The notes under the pieces were generated by a model. The model ran no database searches and was not told where the DNA came from. It saw only the letters and a program-made list of their open reading frames with translations. Below, piece by piece: positions 25,706 through 38,933 of a stretch of DNA of 64,000 nucleotides. The stretch lies in NCBI RefSeq assembly GCF_902713615.1, contig NC_052176.1, positions 3,472,001 to 3,536,000 of the forward strand. Direction: 5' to 3'. The stretch comes from Scyliorhinus canicula (lineage: Eukaryota). The translations under genes and the position numbers were made by a program. Position 1 is the first letter of the stretch. Every line of letters begins with the position of its first letter.

Positions 25706-25835
25706 GCTGTTGCCTTGCCCTCCCCGATAACCTGGAGGATTCTGCTCGGATGGCAGGCTCCGGATCCACCTTGGGCGACTTGGGTAGGGAATCTATCGGA
25801 ATTCTTACATGTGGAAAAAATGAAATAAACCATGG
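24090..25835 (+). mobile_element. L1 ORF2 C-terminal relic broken by SINEs (24432-24650 +, 25027-25320 -, 25326-25506 +)
   Basis: GNGFRYLQ; RINRTSACARLSLILVKVVHRAHMT; VATFGVSDEPE; RILLGW. The SINE at 24432 is flanked by GAAAA(A)GGAGTTC. Confidence 0.6.
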
Positions 25836-25874
25836 GGGGGGGGGGGGTTCAAATCGAGGCAGACTGTTCTATCT

Positions 25875-27400
25875 ATCATTCTAATTCTGAACAACTTCTC
25901 CTTTAACTCATCTCACTTTCTCCAAATCAAAGGTGTAGCAATGGGTACCCACATGGGTCCTAGCTATGCTTGCCTTTTTATGGGGCACGTGGAACATTCC
26001 TCGTTCCAGGTCCATCTGGGCCCCTCCCACAACTCCTTTACCGATACACTGATGACTATTTTGGTGCCGGGTCATGCTCTCGTCCAGACCTGGAAAAATT
26101 CATCAACTTTGCTTCCAGTTTCCACCCCTCCATCACTTTCACCTGGTCCATCCCAGACACTTCCCTTCCTTGATCTTTCTGTCTCCCATTTCCGGCAATA
26201 GACTATCCATCACACGCCCACTGACTCCCACAGCTCTTCGCACCCTACACCCAGTAAGGACTCCATCCCTTTCTCTCAACTCCTTCGCCTCTCTCGCATT
26301 TGCTCCGATGATGCCACTTTCCAAAATGGTGCTTCAAAAATGTGTTTGTTCTTCCTCAACCGTGATTTCCCACCTACTGTTGACGACAGGGGGGCCCTCA
26401 ACAGTGTGCCGTCCATCTCCCGCACCACCCTCTCCCCCTCCCCTCCCTCCCAGAACAAGGATAGTCACCCTCGTTCTCACATTTCATCCCACCAGCCTCC
26501 GTATGCAAAGCACAATCCTCCGCCATTTTCCCCAATTCCAGCGTGATGCCACCACCAAACACATCTTCCCTTCACTCCCTCTGTCAGCATTCCGCAGAGA
26601 CCGTTCCCTCCGAGACAATCTAGTCCACTCCTCCACCATACCCAGTACCTCTCCCATCACCCATGGCACCTTCCCATCATGCTTAATATCCCAGGCCCAA
26701 AACACTCATTCCAGGTTAAGCAGCGTTTCACTTGCATCTCTTCCAATTTGGTCTACTGCATTCGCTGCTCCCAATGTGGTCTCCTCTATATCGGAGAGAC
26801 CAAACGCAGACTGGGTGATCGCTTTGCCGAGCATCTTCGGTCTGTGCGCATTCAGGATCCTGACCTTCCCGTTGCTTGCCATTTTAACAAAAGACCCTGC
26901 TCCCCATGCCCACATCTGTCCTTGGCCTGCTGCAATGTTCCAGTGAAGCTCAACGCAAACTGGAGGAACATTTCATCTTCCGGTTAGGCACGCTACAGCC
27001 TTCCGGTCTCAACATCGAATTCAACAACTTCAGATGATCAGCTCTACCCCACCTCGACCCATTTATTTTCATCCCATTTCATTTTAACTGTCTTTTACCA
27101 TTTATTTATTTTGTAATATATATTTAACCCCCCCAATCTTATTCACCTTTCCTTAACCTTAGTCCTCTTTGCTTCCCGCTTCCCCTCCCCCCACATCTAC
27201 AGTTCATCCTCTGATAGTTTCTCTGCTGTTTGGCCTTTGACATATTTTTTGTTCTCTCTGGGGACTGCCATTAACACTCTTTCGCCTTGGTATCTGTGGC
27301 CATTAGCACCCGGTTTCCCTGGGTTTCTGTGGCTATGACTCATCTTTCATTCTCACTCCACAGTATAAGTATGTCTCACTTTCTCTGTCTGTTAGCTTTT
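25875..27400 (+). mobile_element. Penelope-like element (RT and GIY-YIG), frameshifted
   Basis: KGVAMGTHMGPSYACLFMG, YRYTDD, LVLTFHP, FTCISSNLVYCIRCSQCGLLYIGETKRRLGDRFAEHL; pyrimidine-rich tail. Confidence 0.9.
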
Positions 27401-27519
27401 CTCTTTTGAGGCAGGCTGTTTAACTCCTTCAAGAATTGGTCGTTGGCAGAAAATTGGAGGGGTGGGAGGATTTACACAAAAAAAGGGCTTATGGGGTGGG
27501 GTTTGAAAATGTAAAGTTT

Positions 27520-29735
27520 TTAAAATATAAACTTAAGAGCATCCAATTCTTTCTTTTTCCAATTAAGGGGCAATTTAGCGTGGTCAATTCACGTACCCTG
27601 CACATCTTTGGGTTGTGGGGGCGAAACCGATGCAGAAACAGGGAGAATGTGCAAACTCCACATGGACAGTGACCCGGGGGCAGGATCGAACCTGGGTCCT
27701 CAGTGCCCTGAGGCAGCAGTGCTAACCACTGCACCACCCCGAAAATTGTATTAAATTGAATGAGTGGTGTATATCGTAAAATGGAAAATGTCCTGAACAA
27801 AAATATATATTTTTTAAAAGTCAACCACATTGCTGTGTGTGTGTGTGTGTGTGTGGGGGGGGGGGGGGGGCCTAGAATCAAATGTCGGTCAGACCAAGGC
27901 AAGGACGGCAGATTTCCTAGCCTAAATTATTTCATTAGCAAACCAGATGTGTTTTTTTTTAAATTGGCAATCAATGATCGTTATCGAGACCAGCTTTATA
28001 AATTCTGTTAATAAAATCTGGATTAATTTCCACTGGCTGCTGTGGTGAGGTCTGAACTCTCTTTCTATGCCATTATCAACATTAACAATCGAATGGCGAT
28101 GTTCTCATGTCTCCGCTGCCCTTGTCCTTCTAGGTGGTGTGAAAATTTGAAAACAGATACGTGGCCTTTGTTAGCCCAACGCATGGATTACGGGGATAGG
28201 GTGGAGGTGTGGTCTTAGATAGGGTGTTCTTTCCAAGAGCTGGTGAAGCCTCAATGGGCTGAATGGCCTCCTTCTGCACTGTAAATTCTATGATAATCTA
28301 TGAATACAAGAACAGGGAGGTTAAGACTGAGCTGTATAAAACGGTGGTTAGGCCACAGCGGGAGTACTGCGTACAGTTCTGGTCGGCACGCTACAGGAAG
28401 CAAGTGACTTGACGGGCGAGGGTGCAGAGGAGATTCACCAGGATGTTGCCTGGGCTGGAGCGCTTCAGCTATCGCAGAGACTGGGCTTGTTTTCCTAGGA
28501 GCAGAGAAGACCTTCAGGGGCTGGTTGAGCACAGTGGGCCAAGACAGCTGGCTTGTAATGCAGAGCAAGGCCAGCAGCGTGGGTTCAATTGCTGTACCGG
28601 CCTCCCCGAACAGGGTCCGGAATGTGGCGACTAGGGGCTTTCACAGCAACTTCATTGAAGCCTATTTGTGACAATAAGCAATTATTATTAAAGCACAAGA
28701 GCAGAATTAAGGCATTTGTCCCATCGGGTCTTCTCCACCATTCAATCACGGCAGATATGTTTCTCATCCCCATTCCCCTGCCTTCTCCCCATAACCTCTC
28801 GATAGTCAAGAACCTTTCTATGTCTTTTTAAAAAATATATATAAAGTTAGAGTATCCAATTCTTTTTTTATTCCAACTGTGGGGCAATTTAGTGTGGCCA
28901 ATTTTCCTACCCATCACATCTTTTGTGTTGTGGGGGCGAGACTCCTGCAACACGGGGAGAATGTGCAAACTCCTCCCGGGGCCGGGATCGAACTGGGGTC
29001 CTCTTTGCCATGAGGCGATAGTGCTAACCACTGCGCCACCGCATCTACCTCTATCTTTTTTTTTAAATTTAGATTATCCAATTATTTTTTCCAATTAAGG
29101 GGCAATTTAGCATGGCCAATCCACCTACTCTGCACATTTTTTGGGTTGTGAGGGCGCAACCCACGCAGACACGGGGAGAATGTGCAAACTCCACACGGAC
29201 AGTGAGCCAGAATCGAACCTGGGACCTCAGCGCCGTGAGGCGGTTGTGCTAACCACTAGGCCACCGTGCTGCCCAGTCTACCTCTATCTTAAAGACACGC
29301 CGTGACCAGACTTCCACAGCCTTTGGCGGCAACGGGTTCTGCAGATTCACCACCCTCTGGCTGAAGAAATTCCTCCTCGCCTCAGTTTTAAAGGATTGTC
29401 CCTTTAGTCTGAGGCTACGCCCTCGGGTTATAATCTTTATTGCCACAAATAGGCTGACATTAACGCTGCAATGAAGTTACTGTGAAAATCCCCTCGTCGC
29501 CACATTCCGGCGCCTGTTCGGGTACACGGAGGGGGAATTCAGAATGTCCAATTCACCTGACAAGCACGTCTTTCGGGACTTGTGGGAGGAAACCGGAGCG
29601 CCCGGAGGAAACCCACGGTGAGAACGTGCAGACTCCACACAGACAGTGACCAGAGCCCGGGAATCAAACCCGGGCACCTGGCGCTGTGAAGCAACAGTGC
29701 TAACCCACCGGGCTACCGTTCTGGTTTCTCCAACT
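27520..29735. mobile_element. Dense cluster of SINEs and CR1 fragments
   Basis: SINEs at 27520, 28517, 28826, 29056 (TSD TCTACCTCTATCTT) and 29427. CR1 pieces RVQRRFTRMLPG (+, about 28300-28515) and RNFFSQRVVNL (-, about 29280-29430). Confidence 0.75.
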
Positions 29736-29899
29736 AGCGGAAAGGCCCACCGCAAGGGTGCCCGATCGAGGCACGTCAAATCACGAGGGGCGCAGGTAGG
29801 GCAGAGAGGAGGGAAATCATTCCACCACCCCATGCAGAGGGATTGATAACCGGGTGGCTGCGGATAAGGGGGGAGGGAGGAGGGAAAAGTCTCTTCCCA

Positions 29900-31560
29900 T
29901 CCAGAAAGGGGGGGGGGGGGGGGGCAGAGAATATGGGGAACCTTTTCCCACCCAGAGAGGGGGAATAAACCTCTGCCTACCCAGAGAGAGGGAAAGGGGG
30001 GGGGGGGGGCAGAAAATGAGGAATTAACCCTCTGCCTACCCAGAGAGAGGGAAGGGGGTAGGGAATGAGGGAATAACCCTCTGCCTACCCAGTGAGGGGG
30101 ATGGGGGGCAGAGAATGAGGGAATAAATCCTATGCCTACCCAGAGAATGAGGGAATAAACCCTCTGCCTACCCAGAGAGAGGGGTAAGGAATGAGGGAAT
30201 AACCCTCTGCCTACCCAGAAATAGGGAGGTAAGGGGTAGGGAATGAGGAATTAACCATCTGCCTACCCAGAGGGGGTAGGGAATGAGGGAATAACCCTCT
30301 GCCTACCCAGAGAGGGTAGGGAATGAGGAAATAACCCTCTGCCTACCCAGTGAGAGGGATGGGGGGCAGAGAATGAGGGAATAAATCCTATGCCTACCCA
30401 GAGAGAGGGGCAGGGAATGAGGGAATAACCCTCTGCCTACCCAGAGGGGGTAGGGAATGAGGGAATAACCCTCTGCCTACCCAGAGAGGGTAGGGAATGA
30501 GGGAATAACCCTCTGCCTACCCAGTGAGAGGGATGGGGGGCAGAGAATGAGGGAATAACCCTCTGCCTACCCAGAGAGGGGGGGGGGGGGGGTAGGGAAT
30601 GAGGGAATAACCCTCTGCCTACCCAGAGAGGGGGGGGGGGGTAGGGAATGAGGGGATAACCCTCTGCCTACCCAGTGAGAGGGATGGGGGGCAGAGAATG
30701 AGGGAATAACCCTCTGCCTACCCAGAGAGGGGGGGGGGGGGGTAGGGAATGAGGGAATAACCCTCTGCCTACCCAGAGAGGGGGGGGGGGGTAGGGAATG
30801 AGGGAATAACCCTCTGCCTACCCAGAGAGGGGGGGGGGTAGGGAATGAGGGAATAACCCTCTGCCTACCCAGAGAGGGGAGGGGGTAGGGAATGAGGGGA
30901 TAACCCTCTGCCTACCCAGTGAGAGGGATGGGGGGCAGAGAATGCGGGAATAACCCTCTGCCTACCCAGAAAGGGGAGGGGGTAGGGAATGAGGGGATAA
31001 ATCCTCTGCCTACCCAGAGAATGAGGGAATAAATCCTCTGCCTATCCAGAGAATGAGGGAATAAACCCTCTGCCTACCCAGAGAGGGAAGGGGGTAGGGA
31101 ATGAGGAATTAACCCTCTGCCTACCCAGAGAGAGGGGGATGGGGGGCAGAGAATGAGGGAATAAACCCTCTGCCTACCCAGAAAGGGGAGGGGGGGGGGG
31201 GGGGTAGGGAATGAGGGAATAAACCTCTGCCTACCCAGAAAGGGGAGGGGGGGGGGTAGGGAATAAACCTCTGCCTACCCAGAAAGGGAAGGGGGTAGGG
31301 AATGAGGAATTAACCCTCTGCCTACCCAGAGAGAGGGGGATGGGGGGCAGAGAATGAGGGAATAAACCCTCTGCCTACCCAGAAAGGGGAGGGGGGGGGG
31401 GGGGGGGGCAGAGAATGAGGGAATAAACCCTCTGCCTACCCAGAGAGGGAAGGGGGGTAGGGAATGAGGAATTAACCCTCTGCCTACCCAGAGAGAGGGA
31501 CGAGGGTGGGGAATGAGGAATAAACCCTCTGCTTACCCAGAGAGAGGGAAGAAGGGATTA
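29900..31560 (+). repeat. G-rich minisatellite, about 40-55-bp variable unit
   Basis: Core GGGAATGAGGGAATAACCCTCTGCCTACCCAGAGAG with variable poly-G. Confidence 0.93.
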
Positions 31561-31570
31561 AAGCTCTCAC

Positions 31571-31640
31571 ATTCGACGCCGCCGTCCTCTCCGTCCCGCC
31601 GCCGGTTGGAAAACACGACTCAAAATGGCCGCCGCCCTGC
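31571..31640 (-). other. Probable non-coding first exon of the minus-strand RBM paralogue
   Basis: Minus strand reads GGCGGCCATTTTGAG...GGCGTCGAAT|GTGAGAG: a YY1-type 5'UTR motif, then a donor at 31571/31570. The 5' end is approximate. Confidence 0.6.
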
Positions 31641-31953
31641 CTTCCTCCCGCCCGCCGCCCTTTGAGCGACAGCGGGCCGGACCAATCGGCTGGCCGGCCG
31701 CGACCCTCCCGGCCAATCGGGACCCCCATCCGGCGGGGGGAGCGGAAAGCCCGCCTCCCCGGCCGGAAGCGGAAGGGGCGGGCTCCGGCGGGCGGCACGT
31801 CCTCCCATTGGTCGGGCCGGAGCCGCGCGGCCGCCGATTGGCCGGCGGCGCCGTCAGTCGGTTTGGTGGTGGGCGGGGCTTCTCCTTCGGACGGACGAAC
31901 GGCGGGGACCGGCGCCATTTTGTGTGGGTGTGTGTGGGGAGGGTGAAAACAAA
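31571..31953. promoter_or_regulatory. Bidirectional CpG-island promoter
   Basis: YY1 CAAAATGGC 31621; CCAAT 31682 and 31713; tandem ETS CCGGAAGCGGAAG 31763-31775; GC boxes 31775 and 31871; ATTGG 31807 and 31837; YY1 GCCATTTTG 31914. CpG-dense, no TATA box. Confidence 0.8.
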
Positions 31954-32284
31954 ATGAAGATCTTCGTGGGCAACATCCCCAGCGAGAGCACGGTGGACGA
32001 GCTGCGGGCCCTGTTCGAGTACTACGGCGCCGTGCGCGAGTGCGACATCATCCGGCACTACGGCTTCGTGCACATGGAGGGCGCCGAGGAGGCGGCGCAG
32101 GCCATCGCCGCCCTGCACCAGTACGAGCTGCACGGCCAGAAGCTCAACGTGGCCGAGTCGCGGCCCCGGCCCGCCGCCGTCACCAAGGTCTACGTGGGCA
32201 ACCTGGCCCCCGGCTGCAGCAACCAGGAGCTGCGGGCCCGCTTCGAGGAGTACGGCCGGGTGCAGGAGTGCGACATCGTCAAAG
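31954..32284 (+). CDS. RBM14: RBM14 (RBM4/lark family) coding exon 1: RRM1 and first half of RRM2
   Basis: ATG in aaaATGA context. MKIFVGNI...YGFVHM...SRPRP...KVYVGNL...ECDIVK; donor G|GTGAG (phase 1). Start, linker and intron position match recalled human RBM14. Automated annotation may call it RBM4-like. Confidence 0.85.
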
Positions 32285-32294
32285 GTGAGGCCGG

Positions 32295-33740
32295 CCCTCC
32301 GCTGAGGGGGGACCTCACACTCTCCTCCCTCCGCTGAGGGGGGGCCTCACACTCTCCTCCCTCCGCTGAGGGGGGCCTCACACTCTCCTCCCTCCGCTGA
32401 GGGGGGGCCTCACACTCGCCTCCCTCCGCTGAGAGGGGGCCTCACACTCTCCTCCCTCCATTGAGGGGCCCCTCACACTCAGTCGCTCCATTGAGGGGCC
32501 CCTCACACTCAGTCCCTCCATTGAGGGGCCCCTCACACACAGTCCCACCATTGAGGGGCCCCTCACACACACAGTCCCTCCATTGAGGGGCCCGTCACAC
32601 ACAGTCCCTCCATTGAGGGGCCCCTCACACAGTCCCTCCATTGAGGGGGCCTCACACTCAGTCCCTCCATTGAGGAGCCCCTCACACTCAGTCCCTCCAT
32701 TGAGGGGCCCCTCACACTCAGCCCCTCCATTGAGGGGCCCCTCACACTCAGCCCCTCCATTGAGGGGCCCCTCACACACACAGTCCCTCCATTGAGGGGC
32801 CCCTCACACAGTCCCTCCATTGAGGGAGACCTCACACTCTATCCCTCCCTCCCTCAGTCCCTCCATTGAAGAGGCCTCACTCAGTCTCTCCATTGAGGGG
32901 GACCTCACACACAGTCCCTCCATTGAGGGGCCCTCACACTCTGTCCCTCCATTGAGGGGGGCCTCATACTCTCAGTCCCTCCACTGAGGGGGCATCACAC
33001 TCACAATCCCTGCATTGAGGGGGCCTCACACTCAGTCCCTCCATTGAGGGGCCCCTCACACTCAGTCCCTCCATTGAGGGGCCCCTCACACACACAGTCC
33101 CTCCATTGAGGGGCCCCTCACACAGTCCCTCCATTGAGGGGGACCTCACACTCTATCCCTCCCTCCCTCAGTCCCTCCATTGAAGAGGCCTCACTCAGTC
33201 CCTCCATTGAGGGGGACCTCACACTCTGTCCCTCCATTGAGGGGGGCCTCATACACTCAGTCCCTCCACTGAGGGGGCATCACACTCACAGTCCCTGCAT
33301 TGAGGGGGCCTCACACTCCGTCCCTCAGTCCCTCCATTGAGGGGGCCTCACTCAGACCCTCCATTGAGTGGGCCTCACACTGTCCCTCCAATGAGTGGGG
33401 TCTCACAGTCCCTCCATTGAGGGGGCCTCACACTCAGTCCCTCCAATGAGGGGGCCTCACACTGTCCTTCCATCCCTCAGTCCCTCCATTGAGGGAGCCT
33501 CACACTCCCTCCATTGAGGGGGTCTCACAGTCCCTCCATTGAGGGGGTCTCACAGTCCCTCCATTGAGGGGGGTCTCACAGTCCCTCCATTGAGGGGGGT
33601 CTCACAGTTCCTCCAAAGAGGGGGCGGTTTCACAGTCCCTCAGTTGATGGGGGTCTCAGTCCCTCCATTGAGGGGCCCCTCACACTCAGTCCTTCCATTG
33701 AGAGGGCCTCACACACTCAATCCCTCGATTGAGGGGGAGC
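32295..33740 (+). repeat. About 30-bp palindromic minisatellite in RBM14 intron 1
   Basis: Unit GTCCCTCCATTGAGGGGCCCCTCACACTCA. Confidence 0.93.
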
Positions 33741-34984
33741 CCTTCAATTTAGGGATCTTTTTTGCACGTAGAATTTTTTTAATGTTCCATCTGAGAGACG
33801 GCGCCTCCTGCAGTACGGCTGAGTGAGATTGTGGCAAGATGAGTGGGAACAGAAATCCTGGGGAGACGTGCAAACACCAGAAAATGGCGAGGAAGGGAAA
33901 AGGCTACAAATTAAATTGAAACGCTGGCAAACCCCACCGGGGCTGTTAATTTCAGGACAAATTTCTGTCGCCGCCCCAGCCACACTGCAGCATCTCATAA
34001 GTTCTTACATTTCTAACTTGAACCTTCGCTTTCTAACAGCTTACTTCCTCCTCGATGCAAGTCAGCAGTGGTGACTTGTGCCGTTCTCTCGCGTTAGATT
34101 TTACTGTTCCCAGTCAGTCTGCCTTAGACTGATGTTACAATCCCAGACCTGATCCCAACAGTGGCGAGGATACTGGTCAGAAACCCCAATATTTTAATTT
34201 AATTTTATAAGACTGAGGAAAGGACATCTCGCTCCAGGAGTGATTTCACAAAGAAATAGGGGTGTGATAGGTTAAATCAAACCTTATTACTAACACTGTG
34301 TTAAAATATCTCCACATCACACCAGAAAATAACTTGCAATTACTCCTTGAACTATGCCAATCAACACAGTGAATACAATGCCCTTAACTGCTATCTTTAT
34401 TATCACGCAAACCATGAGGAAAGAACATCTCTGCTCTCAATCCATTTTGACTGTCAATGGCGCATAGGAATATCAGATTGAGAAATCGTAGATTATAACA
34501 TCAGTAGGTGTGTTCTTAACCTGGTGCTGTAAGACTTCTTTGCGAGAGAGAGAGGTCTCTTGACACTGCTGTAGTAAAAATGATCTGACTCCTCTCAGAA
34601 CCATGCAGAAACTCTGGCCATATCTCTTCAGAAGCTGCTTCTGCTCGCCTTCTAATCGCCTTCTAAAGTCTGATCTGCTTTGAAAGACTGCCAATCTCCC
34701 TACAGACATATCTTTAACTGGACGACAGAGGGCAAAGTGCGTAATGTCTGTTAACAGCTTCATCTAGAACTCCCCATACCCGCTTTTAGTACGAAATGCC
34801 TGACACCGTAGCTCCACCCAGTAGTGACATCATTTTACGGAGCTGAATCTAATTAACTCGACAGGAAATCCCCTTAATGCAAACAAACCTGAATTAGCCC
34901 AAGCTTTTGATGATGGCTTCATTGCACCCCACCCCCGGCTCCCAAAACCTTTGTTGTCTTTCAAACTAGGATTTAATTTGAAAC

Positions 34985-35232
34985 AGTCCCCCTCGGACTG
35001 ATCTGTTCCCTGTAAGAACACTATTCACGACGCCCTATGCCGCTCTTGCTCATGTATTTGCTTTGTTTGGCCCCTTGTTCCGCACTGTAATCAATCACTG
35101 TTTGTTGACGTACTATTTGTCAATGTTCTCTGTTGATTATTCTTTTTGTCTACTATGTACGTACTGTGTACGTTCCCTCGGCCGCAGAAAAATACTTTAC
35201 ACTTTACTTCGATACATAAATCAAATCAAACA
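34985..35232 (+). mobile_element. LINE 3' UTR fragment (Rex1/Babar-like)
   Basis: Ends AAATACTTTACACT...ACATAAATCAAATCAAA. The family assignment is from recall. Confidence 0.45.
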
Positions 35233-36062
35233 TGACTACAGCACACACTCTAACCCCAGACTTTTAACCCCCACTGCGCCAAATGCCTGCAATCGATCTG
35301 AAATTCCTACATACATCGCGCTCGAGGCCTTCCTGACGGGCATGGCTCAGCGACCTTGATTCCAGAGTCTCGCGTTGCTCCCACCGATTTTCTGTCCTTT
35401 GGGGTTTGGAGTCGCGAACCTTCATTCCAGAAGCCAGATAATTGAGATCGAGTTCCGTGCTGCAGGAAAGCTGTTGGCCAGGAAAGAAGGCAATGCCCAT
35501 GTTGTAGTGACATACCAGTAGGGGAGCCGAGGTAACTTTGACAATTTGTAAAAGGGGGCGCATGCGATGATAGAAAGCTGGCGAGTCGGAGGAGCAATTT
35601 TGCCCTTTTCCAACCGGGACACATCGTTTCTCCCGAATCCAGAGACCTTGAATTGTATGAAATAGAAACACGCAAAGTGTTGCCGATGCTGGAAGTATCC
35701 AGCAGCCCTGGCAACACCTGTGGAGAGAAGGGGGGGGGGGTTAACATTAAACTCGCGCATGGACTCCGTGCCAACTCTGTTTCTCCCTCCACAGATCCTG
35801 CCTGACCCGTATTTTGTTTACATTTGACGACCGTGGGTTTTGTGTGTATGTAGAACGTAGAAACGGGCTGTTGGGCCCTTCTGTGCCGCACCAGCCTCCT
35901 CCTCATCTTCCCTGCGCACTTGTCTTAACTGTCCCTGAACGGTCAACGGCCGTCATGTGCAGAGGAGTGTTCGGTGCATCTCCTCCCCCGGCAGTCTGCC
36001 AGCGTCGGTCCCGTAAGATTCTGTTCACGCGACGTTTAACCTCTGTTCTTCCCGCCTTCCAG

Positions 36063-36558
36063 ATTACGCCTTTGTGCACATGGAAAAGGAGGAAGACGCG
36101 ATCCAAGCGATTGCCAATCTGGACGAGAAGGAATTCAACGGGACCAAGCTCAGGGTGCAGCTCTCCCGGTCGACCTACGGGAAGTCTGGCGGGCAGCGGG
36201 ATGTCTGCCAGCGCTGTGGAAGGCAGGGGCACCAGGCGAGAGATTGCCACTCCGCCCGCCATAATCAGTCCAACCCGTACCAGCTCCAGTCTCAATACTA
36301 CCCCTCTTACTATTCGTATTACGATTACGACTACGGCCACGGCTCCTATTACGACTATTACGAAGATTACCAGGCCGCAGGTGCTGCCGCAAGTTACGCG
36401 CCGCTCGACTACGTGAGGGAGAGGAGTCCGAGCCGCCTGAGCACGCCCGCGCCGGCGGCGGCGGCCAACAGCTGCACTCTGTACGAACGCACCCGCCTAT
36501 CGCCGCTATCGCTGCCAAAATATCAGAATGAGAAGTTCGTAGACGATAGCATCAGTAG
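36063..36558 (+). CDS. RBM14: RBM14 coding exon 2: rest of RRM2, CCHC knuckle, Tyr-rich segment, YERTRLSP
   Basis: Acceptor cttccag|AT completes D-YAFVHMEKE. Contains CQRCGRQGHQARDC and YERTRLSP; donor AG|GTATGT (phase 2). Confidence 0.85.
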
Positions 36559-38933
36559 GTATGTATCCGTTGCGGGCAAAAGCGCGGGGAGGGAGGGGGT
36601 TGAGGGGAGGAGAAGCCGCTGATGTGACTCGCCCCACCTCCACGTGGAACTCGTAGAGTCACACCTTAAAGAAGTGTCTCTCGGTGGTGCCCAGGTTTTC
36701 GTTGTGCCAGCTTGGGTATGCTCCGGGCTCCGCAGTACGTAAAGCAGACCCTAACGCTGGCGTGGAGCGGTGTACATTGTGTTGGTCAGACACCAATCCA
36801 CTTGCCCCCTAGCTGTGGGTGCTGCTGAAGCACCTGGTTGTAAATTGAGCCGATCCTTGTGTGTGTCAACGGCACAATTAGAGAACGCAGTTGTTGGAGA
36901 GTAATTGATCGGTCCGCACAGGCTGCGTGGAGTTAGGGAGATATTCGGCTGTAGCTTTAAGGATCTTTTGTAACCGAGGTTGTGTCTGGGAGAGTGTGGT
37001 GTGAGCTGTGGAGCACCCTTCCAGAGAATGTTGTTTTGGAGCAGCTGCTTAAAACAAGTAGTTACCTTTCATATCCTCAGCAAATGTCGCTTAAAGCTAC
37101 TGACTGGTCGCAGCAATCGATCCAGCAGTTTGTCAACCGTTGACCCACTAACTGAGGACCCCCCCCCCCCCCCCCCCCTCCCATGGTGCAGAGCTTCAGG
37201 GTGCCAAGGCCTTAGCGAGGGTGTCAAAACAGATTTATTTGCGTGGAACCCGGTCCAGAACAGAGGGGCTGATGGGGTTGTTCTCCTCCCAGCTGAGAAG
37301 TTTAGGACGGGCGATTTGATAGCGGCATTCAAAAATCACACAGGCTTTTCATCGAAGAGTAAGTGAGGCAGGGAGGATTGGGTGGCTGGTTCAGAGAGCT
37401 GACAGTGATACGACGTGCCGAATGGCCTCCCTAAGCCTGTTCACAATCCCAGAGAATCCCTGCAGATTCCGCCTGGTTTAACATCCCTCGAGGCGGGCGC
37501 CGCCCCCTCAGGGCGAGAATGCCCTCCGCTAACTAACGAGCCTGGTGTGAGAATAGCCAGTTTCGCCGGTAACAGAGATGCATGGCGACGGTATCGTTTT
37601 GTCATCATCGGCCACACTCGAAACCCTAGACCGTTACGCGGGAGCCTTGTCACGATGCATTGGGTGAAACAAAACGGTGGTGGGAGTTTTCCATTCGTCC
37701 TTGCTCTAGAAGCGTTAGCTCCTCCGCTCTGGGATGGGGGTGGGGGTCATCGGGGTTGCTGGGGGATGGTGCATTCACTACGAGGAATTCCAAGCCAATG
37801 GATACTTGTGGCCACTCGGGAGCATTGCCCGTTGTGAACAGTTTTGACCCCCCCCCCCCCCCCCCACATCAGTACGGTGCAAGCGGTGAGGGGGTGGATT
37901 GTAGCGTCGGCGTGCTTGTCTCCCTGTTTGGGGGGGTAGCTCCTGGCGCTGAATGCGGCAATTATGGGTGTGATTTTCTAACCGTGTCCATCAAGTCGGC
38001 TGCCTCTTGACGTCCGACTCGCAGGTCAGTTTGTTGTCAGGAGCCCAAACTCTCAGGTACACCTTCCCACTCCAGGACACTGCAGCCTCCCATCCTTCCA
38101 TGAAGATTCCCGATCGTTTGCACAGCCGCTTGATTCAGAATCTTCTCTTTCCAGCCCCCCCCCCCCCCCCCAAACTCTTGCCCTCAGACACTTAATTGCT
38201 TTCCCCACTCCTCTGCAGCAAAGTGGAGGGGGGGTGGCCTATCAGTTTCCCCTTTCCCCCTGAATCGTCCCCACTAACTGGCACGGCACAGGGCCCTTTC
38301 GTCCCCACGACCTGATGTCTCCTGCCCCGAAGGCTCCCCAGGTCGAGCAGCTAGTTCCCCGCCTCCCTCCGCTGTGCGACCGCACGGTTCTTTACGTTCT
38401 ACGAGATGCTAAAACATTTGACTCGTGTTGTGTACCAACGCCGTGATTCGCTTGCGGCTGCAGCCCGTGGGGGGGGGGGGGGGGGCAGTGGCTCCCATCC
38501 AAACAGAATGATAAATCAATCCAAGGTGACTTGACACAAAAAAGAGGGACTTGGTCTCGGAGTGTTCATTGGTGGCCAGTGAAGTACATTTGAGGTGTGG
38601 GGGAAACGTTGGTAATGCAGAGCCAGCTCCCTGATTTGTGCAGCAGGGCACCATCCCGGCTGGGGGTCTGCGCGGTGGGATGTGGGGGACAAAAGGGGTG
38701 GCGGTGTGTCCCGTTTGCGGTTTCTCGATTTGGTGGCGGGCAGGCACATTTTGAAATGAAATCATAGAGGCCCCCCCCCGCCCCCACCGGTCCTCCCTCC
38801 GCTCTCCCCAATCCCCCCCTCCCCGCGTTTTGAGTCTTGCTCACCCCGGCTCCTCCCTCCCCTCGATGAATGCATGAGCGACTTTTCCTTTTCCGGCCAG
38901 CCCTGTATTGACATGATGTGCTTTTTCTCTTAG

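Noticed and set aside
34132-34985. Possible solo LTR starting TGTTACA
   Set aside because: No second copy, TSD or internal domain visible, so it cannot be supported.
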